64,000 nucleotides of DNA, from assembly GCF_009914755.1 (NCBI RefSeq), contig NC_060939.1. The stretch is one strand, 5' to 3'. The position numbers and the translations under genes are program-made. Below, in pieces: positions 40,002-54,205 of the stretch (within the stretch, counting starts at the first letter, position 1; the number at the start of each line of letters is the position of its first letter). The notes below the pieces were generated by a model. The model saw nothing but the letters and a program-made list of their open reading frames with translations. It did no database searches and was not told the DNA's origin. The stretch comes from the human T2T-CHM13v2.0 reference genome, Homo sapiens.

Positions 40002-41078
40002 GATTAATAAGACTGACATAATTTCTCTGTATTGTGGTATTTCCTACAATAAATATGCACATTGGAGATATATTCTGGATATATTATATCTGTACTCCCC
40101 ACCTCTGATCGTTACTAACATACTTCTGTAAAGTAGTTCTTAGTTTAATCATGAAAGAAGAACTTATGTTTGAGGAAATTATTCACAGTTTAATTGTTTT
40201 GCTCTGCAGCAACTTTAGTTATTCTACGTGATAGCTTTCATGTAAATTCATCTAAATAGCTAAACAAACTTTATCACTGTTTTTTCTTCCATGCAGTCTC
40301 TGTTGAAGTAACTTTCAGAGGATATTTAATAGAAATGCTCTTCATAAAAAGTTTTCATTAAATGCCAAATTATTGAAAATGTGCCACTATATAGAACAGG
40401 ATGAGAACTGGAATTTGTGATCAACTCAGTAAAATGAATTTTTCTTTTCTGTTTGCCCATATTTCTGTTTTTTAAAACATATATTTTATCACATTTAATT
40501 GAAGTTGATTACTTCTGTATTAGTAGTGTTTTAAGCACAGACTTTTAATGGTATATGTCTCACACAAAAATGGTTGACAATAGTTAAATGATATTACATG
40601 AAATCTAACTGGATATGACATTATTATCCTGAACAGATTTTCCTGGCTAGAAGTAGAACCTCATCTTTCTATTAATCTAGTATTTTTCTGTTTATTTGCA
40701 TCTTAGATGTTTTTTTGCGCTGATGATTTCATCCTGTCTTATAGAGAAGTCGATGTGATAGCCCTTAAAAAAGTCCTGATAATGTGGAGCTTAAGTGACA
40801 AAAGGAAAGATTATTCTTGCTTTCTTGGTTTCAGAAACAGCCTTACTTAGGAAAACAAGTTCAAAGAGTTCAGTGTAATTGGTCTGAAAACCAAAACAGT
40901 TATTTAAAAGGAGAAATGGCGCATTTAAATTCTCATTTAGAGAATATGGCAGAGTAAATAGAGAATATTTTGTTTTTTTCACTTAAAAATTCCTACTTGG
41001 TTATAACAACATTTTCAGCCTATATAATTGCTTGTGGTATTGAGTTTCGTAGCTTTCTACTTGCTTTGAAAGAGATTA

Positions 41079-41446
41079 CAGTTGACCCTCAGTATCTGTG
41101 GGGAATTTATTCCAGGACCTCCCACCCGCCGCCCTTGGATAACAAAATCCTTGGATGCACAAGTTCCCTACATAAAATGGCATAGTGTTTACATATAACC
41201 TGAACATATTCTTCTTTATACTTTAATCTCTAGGTTACTTATAATATCTAATACAATGTAAATGCTATGCATGTAGTTGTTATACTGTATTGTTTTCTTA
41301 TTTTTTAAATAAAAAAATTGTGGCTACATAGTAGGTACATATTTCTACTTTTTGTTATTTTTCATTTTACTTTATTTTTCCCAAATATTGTTGATCTGAA
41401 GCTGATTAAATCTGCAGGTGCAGAACCTGTGGATATGAAGGAATTA
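41079..41446. mobile_element. MER2 (Tigger-type) DNA transposon
   Basis: TA-CAGTTGACCCTCAGTATCTGTGGGGAAT...GCAGAACCTGTGGATATGAAGG...TA. Confidence 0.85.
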
Positions 41447-41669
41447 TACCTTTTGTTTGCCTCAGACTCCCTTCTCAAAACTCCAAATGTTTCCTTATTC
41501 TAGAGTCCTTATTAGATTTGGTGACCAAATATATGTTTACCAGAACTGTTTGTGTTTTTACAGATTTGAGATCTCATGTATTTTCGTATGAAAACTCTCT
41601 AATAAGATGCAGTGTTTTATAGTCTCCAAAAGGTCAGGGTTATCTATAGCCTGAAAATTTCACCATGTA

Positions 41670-42420
41670 TCATTTCAGTGTCTCCAGAATCTAGTACCTC
41701 TCATTGGCTCGACTTCTACCACCCTGATCTAAGCCAACATTATCTCTTGGATTTTTGCTAGTGATAAAAATGTGTTTCTAGCCAATCTCTCTGCTTCTAT
41801 CCTTGAGACTCTGAAGCATATTCACAATGCAACAGACAGAGTAACCCTTTAACAATGTAAGCTATATTTTGTTGTTTCTCTGTTCAAAACCTAGTTGCTT
41901 GTTATCTCATTCAGAGTAATGATAAAAGTACTTACAATGGCTTATAAGGACCTACATGATCTGTGCACCTGTTACCTCTCAAACCTCATCTACTCTACCC
42001 TCCTTGCACACTCAGGTTCAGCCTTTTGGACCTCCTTGTAGTTCTTTGCAGATGTCAAGTGAGTTTACATTTCAGAGCTTTTGCTCTTGCTGTTATTTCT
42101 GCCTGAAGTACTCTTTCCCCAAACACCCTCATGACTTGTTCATCCATCTTCTTAGATTTCTGCTCAGTCAACTCATCAGCAAGAATGTTATTGTTAATCC
42201 TGTTTTATAATAGCACTCCCCTTAGTGCCCTATTCTTCTTCCTTGCTTAATTGTTATCCACAGTGAAATAATTGTCTGACACTGTGTATATCTTTATTTA
42301 TTTATTTAATTGTCTGACTCTTTCTGTCAAAATGTAAATCTGTGAGGACAGGGACTTTTACCTATTTTGTTCTTGGCTATATTCCTAGTGCTTAGTTCCT
42401 GGCTCATAATACAAGAAATT
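41670..42420 (+). mobile_element. L2 3' portion
   Basis: CTCTGTTCAAAACC...GCTGTTATTTCTGCCTGAA...AATGTAAATCTGTGAGGACAGGGACTTT. Confidence 0.8.
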
Positions 42421-43145
42421 ATTAGGTAAGAACTACTTCAGCCTAATCATTTATTTACTCAAAAACCTTTTTTTTGTCACCTAGTATTTGCAACACATTG
42501 TATGGGCAAACTATTGAAATAAAAAATTAAAGGAGTGATGATTTATAACCTTGAGCAGTTTATAATTCTATAGGGGAATAGACATGTGACCAACAAGCAT
42601 TTGGGTATATTGGTGGGTCCTAAGGAAGGTTTGATAAATGAGGTGCTATTTGATCTGGATATTAAAGAACAAATTATATTTTGAGAAGTGTAAAATAGGG
42701 AAAGAAAATTTGTGGCTTGAACAAAGAAATCTGAGTCACAAGATCTTAAAAGTCTATGTCACAGAATAGCCCTCTTTGTCTGTCTCGTATCATCATTAGT
42801 TATTACTCCTCCAGGGAGAGGGTGGTGAATATTGATTTTACTGATACAGCAATTTGACATCAAATGCACTTTCTTTGTGATTTCCACAGGTAAACACAGG
42901 TACCAATCTACCAGACTATTTCACCATCCCTTAAATTAGCAAGCTCATGTGGCAGCTTCGTTACTGTCACATGTAACTGCAGCAGTAGTGGCCAAAAGAA
43001 TGTCATTTGTTATTCATGAGGTGCTCAGGTAATATTTGACTTTCATGGTTATATACTTTTTCATAGAGGCTATTAATATAATACTATTAATTAGAAATTT
43101 CTCATTTTTTTTTCTCTTTAGGTAACGTGAAAGTGAACTTATCAA

Positions 43146-44085
43146 ATGAATAGGGACAACCAGTCTGTGGTGTCTGAATTCGTGTTGCTGGGACTCTCAA
43201 ATTCTTGGGAGACTCAAGATTTTTCTTTTTTGCTTTTCTTGTCTTTTCTATGTGTCCGGTGTGATGGCAAACCTCATTGTAGTGGTCACTGTAACCTCTG
43301 ACCCTTACTTGCACTCCTCCTTGTATATTTTGCTGGCCAACCTCTCTGTCATTGATCTCACATTTTGCTCCATTGCAGCACGCAAGATGATTTGTGATAT
43401 TTTCAGGAAACAGAAAGTCATTTCCTTTTGGGGCTGTGTAGCTCAGATCTTCTTTAGCCATGCTGTTGGGGGCACTGAGATGGTGCTGCTCATAGCCATG
43501 GCCTTTGACAGATATGTTGCCGTATGTAAGCCCCTTCACTACCTGACCATCATGCATCCAAGAATGTGCATTTTGATTCTAGTGGCTTCCTGGGCCATTG
43601 GTCTCATTCACTCATTGGTCCAATTGTCTTTTGTAGTAAACTTGCCCTTCTGTGGCCCTAATGTGTTGGACAGCTTTTACTGTGACATACCTCAGCTCAT
43701 CAAACTTGCTTGCACAAATACCTATAAACTGCAGTTCATGGTTACTGCTAATAGTGGGTTCATTTCCTTGAGTGCTTTCTTCTTGCTCATCCTCTCTTAC
43801 ATCTTCATTCTGGCCACTCTTCAGAAACACTCCTCAGGAGGCTCATCCAAGGCTGTCTCTACTCTGTCAGCTCATATTACTGTTGTGGTTTTATTCTTTG
43901 GTCCACTGATTTTTTTCTATGTATGGCCCTCTCCTCCAACACATCTGAATAAATTTCTAGCCATATTTGATGCCATTTTCACTCCTTTTCTGAATCCAGT
44001 CATCTACACATTCAGGAACAGGGAAATGAAGATTGCAATAAGGAGAGTGTTCGGTCAATTTATGGGTTTTAGAAAAACTACTTAA
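43146..44085 (+). pseudogene. OR4F13P: Olfactory receptor 4F pseudogene, single +1 frameshift near codon 24
   Basis: ATG 43146 [24 protein letters not shown], then an extra base at ~43216-43218; span 940 bp versus 939 in paralogues; remainder open to TAA 44085; symbol from remembered cluster order. Confidence 0.85.
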
Positions 44086-44150
44086 GTGGCTTTATTAAAA
44101 CACAGAATTTCCAAGTGACTATTGAAAGTCCACAGTAGGCAGTCCTCATA

Positions 44151-44360
44151 GCAATGAGAACACTTGGACACAGGAAGGGGAACATCACACACTGAGGCCT
44201 GTCATGGGGTTGGGGGAGGGATAGCATTAGGAGATATACCCAATGTTAAATGACGAGTTAATGGGTGCAGCACACCCACATGGCACATGTGTACATATGT
44301 AACAAAGCTGCACATTGTGCACATGTACCCTAGAACTTACAGTATTTTATATATATATAT
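44151..44360 (+). mobile_element. Short L1PA 3' end in the OR4F13P 3' flank
   Basis: CAATGAGAACACTTGGACACAGGAAGGGGAACATCACAC...CATGTACCCTAGAACTTACAGTAT. Confidence 0.93.
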
Positions 44361-44700
44361 GAAGAGACTTTATACTGTGCATCACTTTGAGTTCTCACAG
44401 ACCTTCATTGCCCATATGGAGGGTCTATTTTGTTCCCACTGAAGAATGAATGACATTTGTCCTCGAAGAGAAAGAGACTTTATATGTAATATATAGAAAT
44501 CAAAGATTATATTCATTCTTATTTTTTAGTTCCCAAAGAATCATGTCATTAATAATATTCACATGGATTAAATAATGGTGTAAATAAGTTTGTTTCTCAG
44601 AATAACTGTATTGCTGTTTTCAAGCTGTCCTGCCCTCTAATTGGAATATTTGTTAACATCATGCTTTATTATCTGTGTACATCTCATATCTCCATTTTTA

Positions 44701-44768
44701 TTTGTTCTGCCTTGTTATCTCAGTCTTTTGGTTATTTGTTCCGCCTTGTTATCTCAGTTTTTTGGTTA
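44701..44768. repeat. 34-bp tandem duplication
   Basis: TTTGTTC(T/C)GCCTTGTTATCTCAGT(C/T)TTTTGGTTA x2. Confidence 0.95.
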
Positions 44769-44898
44769 TGAGTAAACAGTAGTAAACATCTTTAGGATTT
44801 GTGGTCATGTACACATTTTAATCCACAGAGCTTGCTTTTGTGTTTTTTTGTTCCATATGTTGAAGAATGTTTTTTACTTTATTTTCAGTCAAGTAGAT

Positions 44899-45113
44899 CA
44901 GGTGTTGGCAAACTTTTCTGTAAAGGGCCAGATTAGAAATGGTTTTTGCTCTGTGGGCTATGTGGCCTCTGTTGTAACCACTTAATTCTGTTGTAAGATG
45001 GAAATAGCCATAAACAACACATAAATGAATAGGCATGGCCAAGTTCCAATAAAACTTTACAAAAACAAGAGGCAGGCCAGATTTGATCCAATGGCTATAG
45101 TTTGCCAATTCCA
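44899..45113 (+). mobile_element. MER58A hAT-Charlie element
   Basis: CAGGTGTTGGCAAACTTTTCTGTAAAGGGCCAGAT...GTTCCAATAAAACTTTA...TAGTTTGCCAA. Confidence 0.9.
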
Positions 45114-45222
45114 GAAGTAAATTTTGTCCACCGAGTTCCAGTAAAACTTCACAAAAACAGGAGGCAGGCCGGATTTGACCCAATGGCTATAGTTTGCCAA
45201 CTCCAGAAGTAAATTTTGTCCA
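45039..45222. repeat. 92-bp tandem duplication of the MER58A end plus flank
   Basis: 45039-45130 versus 45131-45222, 7 mismatches. Confidence 0.95.
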
Positions 45223-45759
45223 ATATACAGATTTGCCTATTTCCTCAAATATCACAGTGTTTGTCTTATAACAAGAGTATAAAATGAAAGACAATATAGT
45301 ACAGAACAAAATTTGTGGCTAAAATATATAAATTCTCATCTCAATAACATCAACTCACTTACTGTGTAATCTTACTTAAATCATTTAACACTTCCAAAAT
45401 TCAGAGGTGGCAAATAGAACTCACAGGTTTATGATGATGATTAAATCAGATATTTGAAAAGGCTTTATCAATTTAAAAGCTAGCCTGGTTTTCTTTCCTG
45501 GACTATAACCATTTGCTTGCAGACTATCAACTTACAAATAAAATCCATTTTATCTTCTAATTTATCCATCACATATTAAAGTTACCTTCCATATTATATT
45601 CTTTCTGTCCTATACACTCACAAAAATATCTTGTGATGTATCTCCATGATCTTGTCTTTTCATTGCATTCTGGTGTGTACTTTCATTGCTTTGTGTCACC
45701 TGTAGAACTGAAGATTTAATAGTTTACTACTTTCTTCTTTAGGTCATTGGTTAAAAAAA

Positions 45760-45975
45760 GGCTAACATTTACAGAGTACATACTATATGTTAGGCACTCA
45801 TAATTAACTCATTTAATCCTCACAGTAGTCCTTGAGATAGACACTTTTATCAGCCTCATTGTACAATTTGAGAGATGAGATGGAGAAACAGAGGGGTCAA
45901 GTAACTTGTTTAATGTTAGTAAGTGGTAGAGTTAGGTTTAAACAGACAGTATGGCTCCAGAGGCTAATTTCTTAA
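45760..45975 (-). mobile_element. MIR
   Basis: TTAACTCATTTAATCCTCACAG...CAGAGGGGTCAAGTAACTTG. Confidence 0.75.
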
Positions 45976-46406
45976 ATGTTGTGTGATTTTTCTTCTCATA
46001 AAATTGGTTTAATATGGATCTCTGGTGAATTTTAGCTGATATTTCTTCATGTAAGGCCAATTATTCTATACCTTTCTCTGTTGCCTGTATTTATATCAAT
46101 TCCATGTGGATGGTAAAATAATTTTAAATTAAATGAATTATTTTATGAAACCACTGTGGAATTATGTACATACAGTTTAGCTATTATATAATAATATTTA
46201 ATAACAGAGTTGCTAAAGATAGATTATTAAGTAAAAAGGGAGGTAATAAAACAAGATTTGAAATTTTGTTTATTTTAAAATTAATTTGTGTATGTACACC
46301 AAAATGTTAATAGTGGTATTTCTCCAGGGGAAGAATATAGGTGGTTTTTACTATCATCTCATACTTGCCTATACATTTTATTTTTGCATTATATTTTTTG
46401 CGTTAC

Positions 46407-48840
<2,434 letters not shown>

Positions 48841-49827
48841 TATGGTCATATTTTAGAGACCTTTACCTTGAACTCATGCTTTATTTACTAAATTTAGACT
48901 AGATCTGTACCTTCAAACCATATATACATTTTTTTTTGCAGAATCTTTTCTGAAATTGGCTGAAGATAATAAATAGTTTCCTGCTTTTCTGAGATCACAC
49001 AGTGAGAAATAAATTATCAAAAGCTGAAACAAGAAAGGCACTGCACACCAACTTCTAGTTGGTACTCTGGCAGGCTTCATGTATAACATATGTACTATAC
49101 TTATATATGTTATACCTATACATACTTAGGTAGGTGTATGTTATACCTACCTATGTATGTAGCCTATACTTACAAGTATCTCCATAAATGGGAGGGGTTA
49201 CTAAGGGAGATTTCATACTAAAATGGCCAAAATTATTATTCTCAAACATTAAGGCATGCCAGGTTTTCTGGGACTCTAGGAAGCTACATATTGTATCTTG
49301 TTCTTGTACAAATTTTTAAACTGGTGAGCAAATTACTTAAAATTCAGAACTCAAATGGCCAATATTGCTGCAACTATAGAGTTAACACATAAAGTCTTCT
49401 AAGTTCTCTAACTCTCTAGTTTTTTCCCTACCTAATTTGAATGTGATGACTTTTCTACTGGTGTGTGATAAAATTCACTATTTTGGGTATTAGTAATTCA
49501 AGGTTACTTGGAGATTTTTTCTTATACAATTCAGCCAGTTCCAGCTAAACTGTACACATTGAAAATTTAACCGTAAACTTACTTGAAATTGAAGTGAAAA
49601 GAGGAATAAAATGTTTTTAAAAACAAAAAACCACACAAACTACTTTATTCAAAATTTTGTCTATAGTCTTCATTAGATTGCCCATCAGGGAAAATAAAGT
49701 TCAGCCATGTGAATATGTCTTCATTTTGTCAGAAATGTAATTTGTATCCAATCATCTTTTATAAGCCAGTGAGTCTGTATTCCTATCTCATGACAGAAAT
49801 TCTAAACTGAAAGCTATTAATGTAAGA

Positions 49828-49829
<2 letters not shown>

Positions 49830-49874
<45 letters not shown>
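49830..49874. repeat. (TG)n microsatellite, about 22 units
   Basis: Perfect TG run. Confidence 0.98.
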
Positions 49875-49876
<2 letters not shown>

Positions 49877-50633
49877 AAATGGATGTATATGTACATGTGT
49901 TACATGTTGTGGCTGCGGCAGGGTACCAAATTGACTTATAAATTAATGAGCATGCATAAATTAATAAGCCCAAATAATTTCCAATTTCACATGACAAGAA
50001 AATCTTTAATAAATAGTATGGTTTAAAATTATTGGTAAAAATGGAAATGTCTTCAAAGTTGTTAGCATTCATTTTTGCTTAAATTTCTGATAAAACAGCT
50101 TTGTAGTTTTCTCTGCTAAATATTTTTAAATATCAGAGTTTGACATGAAGGTTACAAAATTATAAACCTATCCTAAAACAGGATGATCTTTCTTCATGTG
50201 TTTTTTTTTGGTAAGCAAAACAAATTTAATACTGGTGGTTTAATAAAAACAGCTGTGTCTTCTGAGTTATCAGCACAATATATATTTAATTTTGAGATTC
50301 TTAGGTGAACATCTGCTATTCACAGATTATAAAATGGTTTACAGGGAAATAAAATGACTAACATTTTCTAACATCTTAGTTCTCATAAGTAATCTAGGCA
50401 AACTGTTAAAAAACAAATAAACCAGGTAAATGTAAATAAAATAAATGTCTATAAATAAAAATTTTATGTAATTTGAAATCTTAAAGTTATGTTAAATGAC
50501 ATAATGATACTAATTAAATATCTGAATGATTTCGAATTAAAATCATTAAACTGTTATACAAAAACATGTTTCTAAAAATTATAAAATGGTTTCATCCATA
50601 AAATAGTGATATATGACAGACAATTCAAAATTT

Positions 50634-50930
50634 ATTCTTATTTTTAGGGATGGGATCTTACTCAGTAACCAAGGCTGAGGTGCAGTGGCATGATCATAAC
50701 TCACTGTAACCTGAACTCCTGTCCTCAAGTGATCCTCCTGCCTCAACCTCCTGAGTAGCTCAGACTACAGGTGTGCTCCACCAAGCCCAGATAATGTTTT
50801 TAAAAACTTTTGTGGAGATAGCATTTCACAATGATGCCTAGGACACTCTCAAACTTCTGGCCTTGAGTAATCCTCCTATCTTAGCCTTCCAATGGACTGG
50901 AATTAAAGGTGTAAACCACTGCTCCTAGCC
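50634..50930 (-). mobile_element. AluJ element
   Basis: Diverged antisense Alu dimer. Confidence 0.9.
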
Positions 50931-51661
50931 TCAATTTAAGATTTCTTGATTCCTAGGTTTTCAATAAAATTTAAAGTTACTGAGAGTTAAAATTTTTAAT
51001 TCTCAGTGTAAAAAATGTGCAAATATTATCAAAAAGGCATAAAGTGTGCTTGAATAATTTTGTGTAATTCAGTTTTTTTAAAAGATTCTTTCAAAATATA
51101 GATTTAGGAATAAAATATAAAACAAAATAGAAAATAGGAAGTAGAAGAGAGAGATATAAAAAAGGTATAGATATGAAGATATATTTCTGGTAAGAAAGTT
51201 TAAAAAATATAAATAACTTTATATGAGAAGGAATCTTGTATGGTAAATTTTTGTCATAAAGTAAAATGACTGGTTATTTCAGGAACAGAAAGTATAGGAT
51301 AAAGTCGAAATTCAAGCATGTTGCAAATAGTTTGTGTAACTTCTGTGTAATAAGTTTTGTGAAAAGGAAAGTTATAAAAATTTTTTGTGTATAGTTAAGT
51401 TTGCTATAATTAAAAGAAAATTATTTCTAAAGATTGAACTTTGACATTAAAATACACTAACATAAAACTGGAAATTTTCATTTGCTATATTAAAACAACA
51501 AGGTTTTTAAACTCTTGATCTGCTCTTGTTAACATTGCAAGAAGTTTTGATATTTAATTCTGTAATCCATTTTTTTAAAACTTCTCAGATTTGTATATCA
51601 GAAGTTAGACTTTTGCTGTACCTTATTGCATGGGATTTGTAAGTCATACGTGATTACCTCC

Positions 51662-52043
51662 TGATAGAGTTTGGATGATTGTCCCTACAAATCTCATATT
51701 GGAATGTAATTCCCAGTGTTAGAGGTGGGACCTGGTGGGAAGTGTTTGGGTCATGAATGTGTTGGTGCTCTTCCTGTGGTGATGAGTTACTGTGAGATCT
51801 GGTTGTTAAAAAGAGTCTGGGATCTCTCCCTTCTCTCTTACTCCCTCTGTCACTATATGACATGGTGGCTCCCCCTTTTCCTTCTGCCATATTTGTAAGC
51901 TTCCTGAGGCCTCCCTAGAAGCAGATGCTGGTGCAATGCTTCTCATACAGCCTGCAGAAACCCTGGGCCGAATAAACCTCTTTTCTTTATAAATTGCCCA
52001 GTCTCAGGTATTCCTTTACAGCAATGCAAAGTGGACTAATACA
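51662..52043 (+). mobile_element. MST (MSTA/B) MaLR solo LTR
   Basis: TGATAGAGTTTGGATG...GCAATGCAAAGTGGACTAATACA; 5-bp TSD CCTCC/CCTTC. Confidence 0.9.
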
Positions 52044-52552
52044 CCTTCTGTTCTTTCTTCTCTTGAATAGGTATATCTTTTTGCTTGGCTGGGATGATAA
52101 CTCTGTCCTTCAACCTTTTCATTGACTTATAACTTCTTTCCTCATTTCAGACATGGCTGTTGTGGCCTGATGCTGCAGTGTTTATCTTGAAGTCTAAAGA
52201 AGCAATGTGTTCCTCCAGTGTAACTTGATTCTGTACTCCAGGCATTTCTTGATGTATCTGAATTGTTCAATGTAATCAGAAAACTTCTCATGTTTTTACT
52301 AAGAGCCATGTATTCCCCTGCTCAAGGTACTAGTTTTATTGTTTATATTCCTTTATAACATACGTATTCTCATAATCCTGAAAACACTCTCCCTGTGTGT
52401 GGTTAAATATAAGCATTCTTTTTATCAGGGTTGACTTCCTGGTTATCTACATAGACTTTGCATAAGGAGAAGAAATCACACAACAGTAGGTTTTTATTTA
52501 TTTATTTGATAGGTGGCTGAAAAAAACACAGATTTTACATTTTACCAAGATA

Positions 52553-52831
52553 ATTTCTTTTTCTTTTTCTTTTTTTGGAAACAGAGTCACCCATGCTGGA
52601 GTACAGTGGTGTTATCTCAGCTCATTGCAACCTCTGCCTCCTGGGGCTTCAACAATCCTCCCACCTCAGCCTCCTGAATAGCTGGGACACCTGGCTAATT
52701 TTTGTATTTTTTTGTAGAGCTGGGGCTTTGCCATGTTGCCTAGGCTGGTTTTGAACTCTGGGCTCAAGTGATCCACCCCCTTCAGTTTCCCAAAGTGCTG
52801 GGATTATCGGCTTGAGCCACCACACCTGGCC
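52553..52831 (-). mobile_element. AluJ element
   Basis: Antisense Alu dimer with internal deletion. Confidence 0.9.
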
Positions 52832-53167
52832 TTCACATTGTCTTTATTACATTTTTGACTTCTTAGAAAACTGAGTTTTAAAATGTTCACTTTTTTTTTC
52901 TTTTTTTTCCCATCAATATGACTTTCTATACTGCTTTTGAGGTCTTTTGATTATCACCTTGGTTAAATGAATAACTTTTATTTTGCAATAACCTTTGATT
53001 CTGGTTAGACCAAGTGTTTTAAACTTTTGACATCTGTGATAAGTTCCCTTACGGTTCAAATCCTAAATTAAGTCTTTTTGAACTAAATAATTATACTTTT
53101 TTTGTAAATTGTATCAGAGGCATTGTCAAATGACAAATGATAATAGATCTTCTTTCAGTTAGATTTA

Positions 53168-53478
<311 letters not shown>

Positions 53479-53489
53479 TATATATACAT

Positions 53490-53524
<35 letters not shown>

Positions 53525-53715
53525 CTATGTGTGTGTATATATATATATATAGTGTGTGTATATATATATAGTGTGTATATATATAGTGTGTATATATAGT
53601 GTGTATATATATAGTGTGTATATAGTGTGTATATATATATAGTGTGTATATATATAGTGTATATATATAGTGTGTATATATATATAGTGTGTATATATAT
53701 ATAATATAATATATG
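53479..53715. repeat. Compound microsatellite (CT)n/(TA)n/[AGTGTG(TA)n]n
   Basis: Follows the Alu tail; produces the spurious IYTHYIYIH ORF on the minus strand. Confidence 0.95.
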
Positions 53716-54205
53716 TGAAATTGAATACGTTATCAGTTAGAATTTTGATTGTTGATTTTTTCCTAAAATTATATTTGTATAGATATTTTATTAATTTGAG
53801 TATTCCAAAGATTATATAAAATTTATAAATGCTTTGTGGTCTCAAAATGGCACTATCAGTCATAATTCTCATTATCTTAAAATGTTGGATGTAATAAAAA
53901 TAACTAAATTTACTTGTCAACGAAAAACTTTGATTAAGTTTTAATCATGGCTACTGTACTTATTATAGCAATGGTTATTCTAGATTATACTAATAAAAAA
54001 ATAGATGTGATCAAAGCATGTTTTCCAATAAATAGGCAAGTGTGCATGCTGAGCTTGATGCTCGTGTCTTCATAACTACAAATAAAGACTATATCAACTT
54101 TTCCAGGAAAGAGTCTTCCTAGCTGCATGGGACAATCAGTGTTGGTCCTGTAAATGCAGTCAGACCTGGTTTATGTCAACTGATTTATGACCAAAAGGGG
54201 GAACT

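Noticed and set aside
53525-53920. 131-aa Y/I/H/T-rich ORF
   Set aside because: Translation of a microsatellite
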